Below, piece by piece: positions 36,167 through 45,759 of a DNA stretch of 64,000 nucleotides. Each line of letters starts with the position of its first letter. Positions within the stretch are counted from its first letter, which is position 1. The stretch is from a virus (taxonomy: Duplodnaviria; Caudoviricetes): IMG/VR virus record IMGVR_UViG_3300025316_001101; one strand, 5' to 3'. The translations under genes were made by a program, and so were the position numbers. The notes under the pieces are model-generated. The model saw only the letters and a list, made by a program, of their open reading frames with translations. It made no database searches and was not told the DNA's origin.

Positions 36167-37008
36167 ACAGCAATATCTGCCTTAATCGATGGATGGCACT
36201 GATAATTTTCCAGCACCGTATCCTCATACGTCCAGTCAAATATACTGGTAAAATTATCAGTTCTCACAGTCGGTAGCGGATACGGCTCTCTTTGAATCTG
36301 TGTCTTTGCGGCATCTATGTGATTTTCATATAGATGCCAATTACTTAGATAGCCAGTCAAAATTCCCTCTTTGTACCCAGTCTCTTTACACAACAAGTGC
36401 AAATACAAAGCATACGAACAAATATTATATGGGAATCCCAAAAAACTGTCTATAGACCGCATGAAGAAACACAAATTCAATTTATCTCCAAGCACAAATA
36501 CATGATGGAGGATATGACACGGAGGGAGGGCCATCTCTCCTGTTTGGCATGGATTCCAAGCCGATACCACCAATTGTCGATTACTCGGATTGGTTTTCAG
36601 TTGATCCACCACAAATTTTAACTGATCAACCCCTTGTGAGTTAAAATTCCTCCACTGATACCCATATACAAAACCTAAATCGGGTTCTTCTAGTTGAAAT
36701 TTCTTCTTCTCTTCGCCAGATAACCCGGCAGGTATCTTCGATGGGTTGCACCATTCATTCCATATGTTACACCCTCGCTCTTGCAACCATCGCTTGTCAG
36801 TCAAACCTTTGATAAAAAACTCCAGTTCTACCTTTATGGACTTCCAAGCCATCTTCTTAGTTGTCAACAGAGGAAATCCTTCAGACATATCGTGTCTAAT
36901 CATAGCGTGTGGGTAAGTATAAGCACTCACACCGGTTCGGTTGGGCACCAACTGCCCATGATCCAAAATCAATTTCAAACCATCAAGATATTGTTTCATT
37001 CTATTCAC
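36163..37008 (-). CDS. thyA: thymidylate synthase ThyA
   Basis: NRTG, FPLLTTKK, ELEFFIKG, LGFVYGYQWR, MALPPCH, RSIDSFLGFPYN, HLYENH; uninterrupted. Confidence 0.97.
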   Translation of the reverse strand: MNRMKQYLDGLKLILDHGQLVPNRTGVSAYTYPHAMIRHDMSEGFPLLTTKKMAWKSIKVELEFFIKGLTDKRWLQERGCNIWNEWCNPSKIPAGLSGEEKKKFQLEEPDLGFVYGYQWRNFNSQGVDQLKFVVDQLKTNPSNRQLVVSAWNPCQTGEMALPPCHILHHVFVLGDKLNLCFFMRSIDSFLGFPYNICSYALYLHLLCKETGYKEGILTGYLSNWHLYENHIDAAKTQIQREPYPLPTVRTDNFTSIFDWTYEDTVLENYQCHPSIKADIAV

Positions 37009-37014
37009 CTTTCA

Positions 37015-37900
37015 TTACTTTCGATATGCTCGTTGAGCACTCATTATTTGTCTACCCTGCTCTTCGGCAGAAAACGGATGTTTGTAATCACGATTGCGGT
37101 TTCTATCCAAAGAAAGTCTTTCAATATTTCTTTGACGATCTGCTTCTCGCTGTTCGTCAGAAACAACCTTTTTTGGTTTACGTTCTACCGTCTTGCTAAC
37201 CTTGTGTTTAGCCAGAGATTTTGCTGATTTCGTCATTATTTTCCTTTCATATGAGGGACATCGAATCTACGCTTGAATATCTTTTTACATGTGTCACATT
37301 GATATGACATCTGATCGTAATAACCATCTTTGCCTTGGCAAAGCTCTTGCATTTGAAAACTTAATTTACCACCACACGTGCATTCTGTCAAGGCGTGTGA
37401 ATGAACCATACATACATGCTCTAATATTTTTTGAAAATTTACATTATCATCCATTCTGTTGTTTACTCTTTTCGAATGTTCCAGGAAACGGATAAGGCAT
37501 TACTGCAATAATGTGCGCCAAATCGCAACCCATTTCTTGACAATTATGTTTATGCTCTTCTCCAGTTCTTGTAATAGGCGGAGTTCCCAATATTACAATC
37601 TCACGACCATTGGTATAAGCTTCGATGGGATGCCAACCATCAGGCGGATTGCGTTCCATATTAAACTCTCCATCACTCTTCTTGTTGAGCACATTGTTCG
37701 GCAAGCATAGGCATTAACTTCTTGAGAGCTTGCGTTTCATCTGAGTTGAAAGTGAAACAAGATTCATGTCCATCTAAATACACCCTATAGTGCTCATATT
37801 TGCGGCTATAATCTGGCGGGGACAATTCCGCTAAAATTATACGATTAATATCCAAGGTCAAATTTTCCGTCAACTGCACATAATGTGGATTGTAATGCAT
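37015..37900 (-). CDS. four small tandem hypothetical ORFs (37015-37236, 37236-37454, 37447-37704, 37673-37900)
   Basis: Tightly coupled ORFs; 37236-37454 has CTC...CDTC. Confidence 0.55.
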
Positions 37901-38789
37901 TTTGATTTTCCCCTATGGTATTATACTTGAGATAGTAATCTAACAAAAATTGACCACAACTAGCTCCTACGTCTAATCCCGGTGGTACGTAATATTCACA
38001 ATCAATTGCTTCGTCCCATAAAATATCCATAAATCTTTGGACACGACTATTTTCAGTGGTGTGATGATTGATGGTCTTGCGTTCATTATATTGCAGCAAC
38101 TTCACTGGGATACCCCTGCCCTGCAATGCATCTACAAGTGCATAAGCATTATCGTCACTGTCATTCACACCATCAATCATCGCATAATGTGCTTCAACCG
38201 AATTGCCGGTCAAGTTAGCGTAGAACTCCAATGCAGCAATGGCCGTGCGATATGGCAACGCCGCTGGCATCCATTCTTTACGAATGTCATCATCCGTAAA
38301 GTGCAAAGACAAATGCATCTTGAGATCGAACTTATGCGTTTGTACCATTTTGATTAAATGGAAAAAATTTGTCCAAGTGTGACTTGGAAGAAGCGTGGCA
38401 ATGGCAAATCTAATTAGAGAATACTCCTCCCTGAGCTTATGCATACTCCCAAGCACATGCCAAGTGTTGCACATGGGTTCACCACAGCCCATGTAAGATA
38501 TGAGAAGCATCCGTTTATTCTGCCCTAATTCGAGCAGCGCATGTGATGCCGAAACCACATCTATCATTTCTGTGGCTTCTAAATTTCTAGCCCGGATCTT
38601 GCCAATCGCATCTGTGGTATGACAAAATTCACAACCCAATGGGCACGCAGTCTGGCACGACACGCAAATTATATCTTTGCCGTCGTCCTTATTGATGTAG
38701 GCTGCCTCGGTAATGAGGCCATCCTTGAGTTGAAAAATGAATTTTACTGTCTTATCTACTTTTGAACTGATTTTATCAATCAGACGCAT
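37845..38789 (-). CDS. rlmN: RlmN/Cfr-family radical SAM methyltransferase
   Basis: ICVSCQTACPLGCEFC (CxxxCxxC), MGCGEP, HLSLH, MIDGVND, DVGASCGQ. Confidence 0.85.
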   Translation of the reverse strand: MRLIDKISSKVDKTVKFIFQLKDGLITEAAYINKDDGKDIICVSCQTACPLGCEFCHTTDAIGKIRARNLEATEMIDVVSASHALLELGQNKRMLLISYMGCGEPMCNTWHVLGSMHKLREEYSLIRFAIATLLPSHTWTNFFHLIKMVQTHKFDLKMHLSLHFTDDDIRKEWMPAALPYRTAIAALEFYANLTGNSVEAHYAMIDGVNDSDDNAYALVDALQGRGIPVKLLQYNERKTINHHTTENSRVQRFMDILWDEAIDCEYYVPPGLDVGASCGQFLLDYYLKYNTIGENQNALQSTLCAVDGKFDLGY

Positions 38790-38995
38790 TAACCCATTCC
38801 TTCAACTTTCGCAACTTTCCCGTTTTCAACACGCACATTCACACGATCCGTATCGTATTCACACGTGCCCACGAAAGCTTGCTGGTCCTGTTTAGTGATT
38901 CGGAGTCTGACCCCAACCTCTTCACAAAGCGTTCTTGCTTCTTTAACGGGCATTCCAATTAGCTTATTAATGTTTATCATATAACCTCTTTTCAT
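38789..38995 (-). CDS. peptidase inhibitor I78/potato-I-like small protein
   Basis: LIGMPVKEA...TCEYDTDRVNVRVENGKV...G. Confidence 0.65.
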   Translation of the reverse strand: MKRGYMININKLIGMPVKEARTLCEEVGVRLRITKQDQQAFVGTCEYDTDRVNVRVENGKVAKVEGMG

Positions 38996-39014
38996 GATCT
39001 AGCGTTATATATGC

Positions 39015-39269
39015 CTAAATTTGGAAATCAGCCGGGGATGTTTTAACCTGTTTGAGCAACTTAATAAGCTCCGTCATAGCCTTGGCTATTGTCTTAGCCT
39101 TCTCTTGATTTCTAGCCCCATAGACTTTAATGTCATAACCAGAAAGAGCTTGATCATCTATTTCTGTGCGGCAATAACTAGGAATGACTGTAAATTCAAC
39201 ACCTACGTTCTGCACCGTCTGTAAAAGATCTATGGGAATGGTCACATCCAAATTTTCCATTAAAATCAT
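39015..39269 (-). CDS. hypothetical protein
   Basis: 84-aa ORF coupled to the upstream gene. Confidence 0.55.
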   Translation of the reverse strand: MILMENLDVTIPIDLLQTVQNVGVEFTVIPSYCRTEIDDQALSGYDIKVYGARNQEKAKTIAKAMTELIKLLKQVKTSPADFQI

Positions 39270-39715
39270 ATCTCACCTTTTGCAAACTTCTCAAGATAGT
39301 CCAACCCCTCTTGATAGGTGGGGAAGATTACGTCAGCCATGTCTAAAATAAAAGCATGTTGATGAATGTTGCCCTCTTCCATGATAACAATCGTGTGTTT
39401 GCCCATATGATGTGCCCAAGCCATCTCAGCAACACTGCCTATGGATACCAATTTAGCACCCACAAGATACACAAACAGAATGTCGCAGGATTGAGTCATC
39501 CAGCGATCACGCTCTACAATAGCGTGATTTGTAGAAAGAGGGTTGTTATACCCATGTGCCTTAAACTCAATCTCATTACGAAGATAGCCCTTCCCACACA
39601 TGGGGAATAAGACTTCATAGCCCATTCCCTTGAGAATGTCCACGGTCTCCCTGTAATAGGTCGTTACTTCATCAAAACTACATCCAGAAATAGGTCGAGC
39701 GCAATATACTCGCAT
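39266..39715 (-). CDS. nucleoside 2-deoxyribosyltransferase-like protein
   Basis: VYCARPI...ERDRWMTQSCDILFV...SIGSVAEMAWA...GKHTIV. Confidence 0.8.
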   Translation of the reverse strand: MRVYCARPISGCSFDEVTTYYRETVDILKGMGYEVLFPMCGKGYLRNEIEFKAHGYNNPLSTNHAIVERDRWMTQSCDILFVYLVGAKLVSIGSVAEMAWAHHMGKHTIVIMEEGNIHQHAFILDMADVIFPTYQEGLDYLEKFAKGEI

Positions 39716-39761
39716 GATTGGTTCCTTATCGAGAAAACGTACATAGAACTTCAATTCCACC

Positions 39762-39790
39762 AGCATAGCGAAATTGTAAAATAATGTCAA
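39762..39790 (-). promoter_or_regulatory. sigma70-type promoter
   Basis: TTGACA-N17-TATGCT, immediately downstream of a terminator hairpin. Confidence 0.8.
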
Positions 39791-39798
39791 TAGAAACG

Positions 39799-39826
39799 AA
39801 AACGCCCGGCCGTCGCCGGGCGTTTT
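39799..39826. terminator. terminator, CGCCCGGC family
   Basis: AAAACGCCCGGC-CGTC-GCCGGGCGTTTT. Confidence 0.85.
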
Positions 39827-40085
39827 CCTCATTTATTCAGCCAATCCTAGCTGCACATATTTGGTAAATTCATCAGTGTGCCATGATCGATTGTTTACGT
39901 CGTCTTTTCATTTTCGACATTAAATCATTTTTTCTATAAAATCATAAATATCGACCGCCCACTCATTGGCTCTACCGTACCACCGACTATTACGTCGAGT
40001 GAACCTTACATAAAAAATTATTTTGACCATCTATCGGTCACTTACATCTTATCACGTCTATATAGAAGTGACAAGGGGTAAAATT

Positions 40086-41027
40086 ATGAATATATTGTTC
40101 ATCAGTCCTACTGGATTTTCTTCTCCAGGATTGTTCGAATGGATGCATTTTGAAGCATTTGGACATCACGTTGTCACAGATCCTAATCATGCAGACGTAG
40201 TGTTTTTTGATAGCCACAGTGGATTTGCGCCATATGATTGGAATATTCTCAATGTTGTGCTAACAAGAAAGATTCCCGTAGTCTACTTTGATGCCTTCGA
40301 TTATTGGGGCTGCAAAGACATGCAATCTTCATGGATTGGTTTCAATAACTGGAAGTCACTAGCGGAAAAAATAGCACAACATCAAGAATGGGCTGTATTC
40401 CTTGGTCGCACATTAAATGCCGGTACTTTGAAATTGTACTTCATGCGTAAAATGCAAGCCAGCCAACAATATCCTGATTTTGTGCATCCTCTCGAATATT
40501 GTCAATTTCAAGACCACATGTTTCAACCTATTACAAAAGAGCAGCTATTCTCTAGATCCAATGATATTTGTTTCATAGGAGCATCTAGTCCTTGGCGTGC
40601 CAATCTTGTATGCAGTTTACTCCAAGACAAAAGATTAAAAGTAGACTGTTTTTGGCCATTCGTAAGAATCTCGCATGATGAATGGCTCAATCGCCATCGC
40701 CAAGCCAAAATGTTTATCGAAGCAGATGGTGGAGGATTTGGTAGTGAACGACCATACCAACTCATCACTATCGCTCCCATGTTGCGACAACGCAATGACG
40801 AAAAGATGGCCTACCCCTGGACTGGAAATGTTAATTGTGTTGAAGTAGGTGACGTTTGGGGAGAAGTCACTACATCGGAAATTGAAAACATCATATCGAT
40901 TATCAGTGATTCAGATCGCCTTTACGAAATTTACATGAATGGCATCCAACACATGAATGCTAATTATTCAAAAACAGCCCGCACCACGTACATCTTAAAT
41001 ACAATGAAAGCCAATACGATATTGTAG
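40086..41027 (+). CDS. putative GT-B glycosyltransferase
   Basis: ICFIG...WRA...AKMFIEADGGGFGSERPYQ...APML, a GT-B C-terminal pattern. Confidence 0.55.
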   Translation: MNILFISPTGFSSPGLFEWMHFEAFGHHVVTDPNHADVVFFDSHSGFAPYDWNILNVVLTRKIPVVYFDAFDYWGCKDMQSSWIGFNNWKSLAEKIAQHQEWAVFLGRTLNAGTLKLYFMRKMQASQQYPDFVHPLEYCQFQDHMFQPITKEQLFSRSNDICFIGASSPWRANLVCSLLQDKRLKVDCFWPFVRISHDEWLNRHRQAKMFIEADGGGFGSERPYQLITIAPMLRQRNDEKMAYPWTGNVNCVEVGDVWGEVTTSEIENIISIISDSDRLYEIYMNGIQHMNANYSKTARTTYILNTMKANTIL

Positions 41028-41033
41028 AATCAT

Positions 41034-41744
41034 CTATATCTTCCTAATTGCTCCCACAAATAAAGGCAAATCCACACCTACAGCGTGCCAAGTATTATTG
41101 CCATTTTCCCCACCTATAGAACTCACAAATGCACGAATTTCACTAGCTGGCACCGCCACCTCCTGCCACTCACCGGTTGCTAATAATTCATTGTACACTT
41201 GTTGAGGTCCAACATACTGATTTCTAAAATCATGAAAAGCAATGATACCACCTACCGCCATTCTATTTCTAATTAATTCACATTCTGCTTTTACTAATTC
41301 ATATTGATGTTGGTCGCTATCTAAAAAAGCATATGCTATGTTATCTTGTATTAAAGGGATGGCGTGCAATGAATAATCTCCCATAAGATGCGGACTTACA
41401 TTTCCGTTACTTGCCTGCAAAACTCTATTACATACTTTGTCGCAGAAATCCACATCGTTCACATAAGCCCACGGCATATTTTCCGGCGATTCTTGGCACG
41501 CATGTTTCCACGCCTCTCGATTACTCAAATCGTAACAAGGATCAATTAAATGATGAGTTCTTCGCCCATTAAAACCACAACTTGCCGCAATAGAAGACTT
41601 GCCAGCATGACTTCCGGTTTCAAATGTTGAGCCTTGCGGAGCCTGTGAGGCAATGTTATAAATTGCTACCATTTCACAAACAGAAATAGCTCCTGGCGTG
41701 GCTTTGAATAATTCAATAATGTCTATTTTTGGTAAATTCATCAT
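41034..41744 (-). CDS. class I SAM-dependent methyltransferase
   Basis: FETGSHAGKS, AFLDSDH.YE.V..E, GGIIAFHD. Confidence 0.8.
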   Translation of the reverse strand: MMNLPKIDIIELFKATPGAISVCEMVAIYNIASQAPQGSTFETGSHAGKSSIAASCGFNGRRTHHLIDPCYDLSNREAWKHACQESPENMPWAYVNDVDFCDKVCNRVLQASNGNVSPHLMGDYSLHAIPLIQDNIAYAFLDSDQHQYELVKAECELIRNRMAVGGIIAFHDFRNQYVGPQQVYNELLATGEWQEVAVPASEIRAFVSSIGGENGNNTWHAVGVDLPLFVGAIRKI

Positions 41745-42550
41745 GTTCCTTTTACGTCTGCTGGGTAGTGTATTCCTCCAGCTAATTTTACAAAATTCAA
41801 TATTGCCTCGTATGGCAATACATTCAAATGGCCCAACACTCCGACCCTATATGTGTCCCAACAGAAAATCATATATTTTTCTATTTCTATTGGAGGATAA
41901 AATACATTAGATCCACAAGTAATTCCCAATACATGTTCCATCCATGATAATCTTCGCCTTTTGTCGCCATACTTAGACCACATATAATCTGGATTTACTA
42001 AACATTTTTCAATTTCCGTAAAATCTAAAGTTGAATGATGGCATGCAAAAAATCTAGTAGAGGCCCACATGTGATCAAATTGCGGATCATTGACAGCATG
42101 AGGACTCCACGCACTAGGATACGATACAAATTTATAATTGTCTAATAAAGAAATAAGCCATTGAATATGCTGTGGACCGCTGGTAAATGCAGCACAGTCA
42201 GCATCAAAATGAAAAATATAATCACCTCTCGCCATCATAAACGCATGAAGATAATTAATATCATTGAATTTATCGAAAATTCCTCCGTGATAATATTTTG
42301 TATGCTTTCTCAACACTACTACATCTGCCACCTCTCGTAATGTTGCCAAAACATCTGGTGGCACGTTATTGTGCTCATCCACAAAAACAATTACTTCTAT
42401 ATCGAACCCATCTAAAAAAATTTTCTTGTTCTTAACTCCATCTGTTAAGAAATCTACAGATCGACACCCTTCATTCATTTTTGTAAATGCGGTCTCTTGT
42501 TGCTCAAATCCACTTCTGGTATCGCAGTTTATAATACATGATATCTTCAT
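41741..42550 (-). CDS. GT-A fold glycosyltransferase-like protein
   Basis: ISCII.., EVIVFVD, ARGDYIFHFDAD (DxD). Confidence 0.65.
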   Translation of the reverse strand: MKISCIINCDTRSGFEQQETAFTKMNEGCRSVDFLTDGVKNKKIFLDGFDIEVIVFVDEHNNVPPDVLATLREVADVVVLRKHTKYYHGGIFDKFNDINYLHAFMMARGDYIFHFDADCAAFTSGPQHIQWLISLLDNYKFVSYPSAWSPHAVNDPQFDHMWASTRFFACHHSTLDFTEIEKCLVNPDYMWSKYGDKRRRLSWMEHVLGITCGSNVFYPPIEIEKYMIFCWDTYRVGVLGHLNVLPYEAILNFVKLAGGIHYPADVKGT

Positions 42551-42553
42551 ATA

Positions 42554-43318
42554 CTATTTCCTTTTCAGAACCACTCTTTCAAAATTATATACATTCGCCA
42601 TAACTCCACTAGACGACGTAATGATATAATCATGCTCAACAATAAATTTTTCTATATCTGCTAAACTATCTCCTTCTTTCTCCAAATGCAATGGATGCAA
42701 TTCCAAAAAAATAATGGGATGGTTTTGTTCAATTACACTCGCAAGACCTTGAAGAACTTTTAGTTCGTGCCCTTCAACGTCTATCTTTATAACATCTGGC
42801 ATAAAACTCTCTCGACCGCACAGAGAATCACCAGTTGTTTTTTGCACCACAATCGCTCTGGTATCAGCCGTGTTCAAAGCCTGTTTCACAACAGCATGAT
42901 CCCACTCAAAACCCATGTCTAAAGTACCAAAAGCATTTGATAAAGCTACATTCTCTGCACGAATCTTCAAATGACAATTAGCTTGTATATTAATAGCTAA
43001 TTTCGGATGTGCCTCTGGTGAGGGCTCAACAGCTACAGCTTGTTTGTTCTGTCCACTAGCTGCAAACGCAAGCGAAAACACCCCATGATACGCCCCAACA
43101 TCTAATAAAGCATGTCGATCTCTTGTCATAGACAAGAACCCGTCCATCTCTTCAACCATTGGTGGTGAACGGAAGCAAAAAAATTCAAATGGAAATCTTG
43201 ATTCTGCACATATCTTGAACTTTATTCCGTCTCTTAAATAAAATTCATCTAAGGCCACGTTTTTATTCAAAGCTTCGTGCGATAATCTATATCTTTCCAA
43301 CACTTCATCCATTATCAT
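42554..43318 (-). CDS. FkbM-family methyltransferase
   Basis: LDVGAYHG, AVEPSP, VALS, IKIDVEGHE..VLQG, PIIFLE. Confidence 0.9.
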   Translation of the reverse strand: MIMDEVLERYRLSHEALNKNVALDEFYLRDGIKFKICAESRFPFEFFCFRSPPMVEEMDGFLSMTRDRHALLDVGAYHGVFSLAFAASGQNKQAVAVEPSPEAHPKLAINIQANCHLKIRAENVALSNAFGTLDMGFEWDHAVVKQALNTADTRAIVVQKTTGDSLCGRESFMPDVIKIDVEGHELKVLQGLASVIEQNHPIIFLELHPLHLEKEGDSLADIEKFIVEHDYIITSSSGVMANVYNFERVVLKRK

Positions 43319-44037
43319 GGGTTTGCCTCTCTCCAAAGTCTAATAAACACCGGCATCACTTGTCCCGTCTTACCACCGCCGTTAGCATGCACGACCATAG
43401 GTTCCGTTCCTGTTATTTTGTTCTTAATGCCGGTATTGCTTACCTCGTAATTTTCGAGCAACTCATCGTGCAAGGTTTGTGCTATTTCACACCTAACGTC
43501 TAATTTCATTGGCACCGGCTGCTGTGTGAACGCCTCCAAAAAATTATCTTGATCATTGGAATGGAACATTGACCCATCTGGTTTTCTATAATCGTCCGGT
43601 TGTAATTCAAGTCTCAAGTGTTTCAACAACGCTATAATCGCCTCCGTCTCTCCTATAAAAAATCCAGAATTCAAATGTTTGAAAGGAGTGCCAACGTCTG
43701 GATACCTATCCGCCAGATCCGTTCTGGGGAATAAATTTCTTTCTGCATTAAAAACAATAGATGTATTAAATGGTAGATATCTATTCAGAAGTTCTTCTGG
43801 ATTTCTAGTGATCACCACGTCCCAACAATCCGAAAACACCATGTATTTATCTTTTACATTTCCGGCTAATAAGTATTCCAAAAGAAGCTTGGGTTTAGAG
43901 ATCAATCCATTAAATCCTCCATGTTCCCCCAATACAATTGGATTGTTTCCATACTTCTTACACGACTTAAAAAAATCATCATAGCAATAATATGGCTCTA
44001 CCGGCTTTCTATTAGACACAGTAATTATTTTTATCAT
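43315..44037 (-). CDS. PLOD/procollagen-type GT-A glycosyltransferase
   Basis: KPKLL, VFSDCWDV (DxxD), IVFNAERNLFP, LNSGFFIG, DQ, VHANG. Confidence 0.8.
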   Translation of the reverse strand: MIKIITVSNRKPVEPYYCYDDFFKSCKKYGNNPIVLGEHGGFNGLISKPKLLLEYLLAGNVKDKYMVFSDCWDVVITRNPEELLNRYLPFNTSIVFNAERNLFPRTDLADRYPDVGTPFKHLNSGFFIGETEAIIALLKHLRLELQPDDYRKPDGSMFHSNDQDNFLEAFTQQPVPMKLDVRCEIAQTLHDELLENYEVSNTGIKNKITGTEPMVVHANGGGKTGQVMPVFIRLWREANP

Positions 44038-45005
44038 TATAATACACTCCTAATGGATGGAATAAAATATTCGTCCACATATCTTCTTGGGCGATACTTA
44101 TCTGCTGTTTCTTGAGACCTTAAATATATTTCATATAAATCACTTCTTCGTGTTGCCTCTAGTAAATCGTCATGCATGCAATCCCTACGAATGACTATAC
44201 AGTTTACTCCGTGCTCAAAAGGATAAGACCACGCCAATTTATCATCTGTTAAAGCCATAATAGCCCCCACATTGGCTTCACTATGCCTAAAGCATTTCAT
44301 ACCACATCCCGGCAAACTCACACTAATTTTAGATCTACTTTGTGCCCTGATAATTTCACCGTAATGCACACGTGAGAAATGGGGTGTGAATATGCTAACC
44401 CACACCTTTCTTTCAGATGCGTTGTGATGGAAATATGTGTCTAGATGATCCCATTGTGAAATAATCCCGTAATTCTTTTTGGTAAAAATTTCACCATGCA
44501 ATCTCGGACGAAGCGGATTTGACTCTCCCCAATTGTAAAACACATCTATTGACCTAGCATCGAATTCGTCCCTATTCTGAATTGGCTGAGCGTCCATATG
44601 GCAAAGATACTCTATTGGCTTCAATCGATTATTTGCATCTTTGGATAATAACTCTCTCTTAAAATACATAATGGGAGGACGGTTTCTAATAAATTCGTCA
44701 AACAGCATCCATTGATCAAAATTACTTTCCCACCTCTTTCGGAACTCACTTGTATTTTTGCCAAAAACATGCGTATCCACTGGCTGCCAATCCCAACAGT
44801 ATTCGACAAAATCCACCAATACCCAAGGTTTGTTAATCCCTCTCAACGCCTCATTAAATCTATAATCATGAAAATAAGACACTCCCACAATTACAATATC
44901 GGCTTCATTTATATTAGAAACCACATTAAGATGACTGTATAGATGTGAAATTACTACCGACTCCATCCTATTATAGGAATCTGCATTTAGAATGAATACC
45001 CTCAT
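44037..45005 (-). CDS. putative glycosyltransferase (GT-B/exostosin-like)
   Basis: Start MRVFILN with GAAAGG SD; SKISVSLPGCGMKCFRHSE motif. Confidence 0.6.
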   Translation of the reverse strand: MRVFILNADSYNRMESVVISHLYSHLNVVSNINEADIVIVGVSYFHDYRFNEALRGINKPWVLVDFVEYCWDWQPVDTHVFGKNTSEFRKRWESNFDQWMLFDEFIRNRPPIMYFKRELLSKDANNRLKPIEYLCHMDAQPIQNRDEFDARSIDVFYNWGESNPLRPRLHGEIFTKKNYGIISQWDHLDTYFHHNASERKVWVSIFTPHFSRVHYGEIIRAQSRSKISVSLPGCGMKCFRHSEANVGAIMALTDDKLAWSYPFEHGVNCIVIRRDCMHDDLLEATRRSDLYEIYLRSQETADKYRPRRYVDEYFIPSIRSVL

Positions 45006-45093
45006 TACTCTGTACCTTTCAACGTTTGTAAAAGCTAAATGTGAAATGTTGTGTGGCGTTCTATGTGCGTACTTTGGGAATATCGTTGGCTGT

Positions 45094-45252
45094 CTATGAT
45101 TTGCGTTTATCTTTCCGTTTCTCTTTCCGTTCATGCGGCCACTCCCGTCTCACTGGTTCACCAAACACGGGTCTGGCAAACACGGCTACGCAATTCGTGC
45201 CTGTTCCCTCTTCCCTTAATTTAAGCCACTCTTGAAATGTAGTGTGTTTCAT
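45094..45252 (-). CDS. 52-aa protein with capsid-targeting-like N-terminus, missed by the ORF track
   Basis: MKHTTFQEWLKLREEGTGTNCVAVFARPVFGEPVRREWPHERKEKRKDKRKS*. Confidence 0.65.
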   Translation of the reverse strand: MKHTTFQEWLKLREEGTGTNCVAVFARPVFGEPVRREWPHERKEKRKDKRKS

Positions 45253-45262
45253 TTTTATTTCC

Positions 45263-45727
45263 TTACATCATTCCACCCAATGCACCCGGAGGCCCTGCCG
45301 CAGCACCACCCATTGGGCCACCACCGGGCAATCCTCCTCCACCAGCACCCGACAAACCCTGGGTGACCATTTGGTTGAATTGTTGAATAGGTATCGTGTA
45401 TACCCTTGTATCTGATTTATCGTCTGGAATTTTGGCGTACTGATCTCCGAACTTCTTGTACACTTTCCTGGTCTTGATTGCCGGATCATTGTTTAGCTGG
45501 ACCTTTACGGCTGTAATCTTGTTATCACCATCCCGCATAATATCTACCACTGTATAACCACTCAAATTATACGTGTTTCCGCCCAAAGTGAAATTGCTTA
45601 AAACTTGCGGACTTTTCTTCAATAGGTCTGGATCAATACCCAATTCGTCCTGTATTTGAGAGAAATAGTCCGCAGGTTTTGGGGCCTGCAATTCCATGAA
45701 ATTCTTAAACGACAGATTGTTCATCAT
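45263..45727 (-). CDS. hypothetical protein with capsid-targeting-like N-terminus and Gly-rich tail
   Basis: MMNNLSFKNFMEL; TATATA-N4-ATG. Confidence 0.65.
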   Translation of the reverse strand: MMNNLSFKNFMELQAPKPADYFSQIQDELGIDPDLLKKSPQVLSNFTLGGNTYNLSGYTVVDIMRDGDNKITAVKVQLNNDPAIKTRKVYKKFGDQYAKIPDDKSDTRVYTIPIQQFNQMVTQGLSGAGGGGLPGGGPMGGAAAGPPGALGGMM

Positions 45728-45759
45728 GAAATATATATCACTGAAAGCTAGATAATAAC

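Noticed and set aside
36163-37008. Group I intron in thyA given the neighbouring GIY-YIG
   Set aside because: thyA is a continuous 281-aa ORF with all motifs present.
39840-40060. Hidden gene or RNA in the divergent intergenic gap
   Set aside because: All frames I checked are interrupted and I saw no convincing stems; possibly a decayed ORF.
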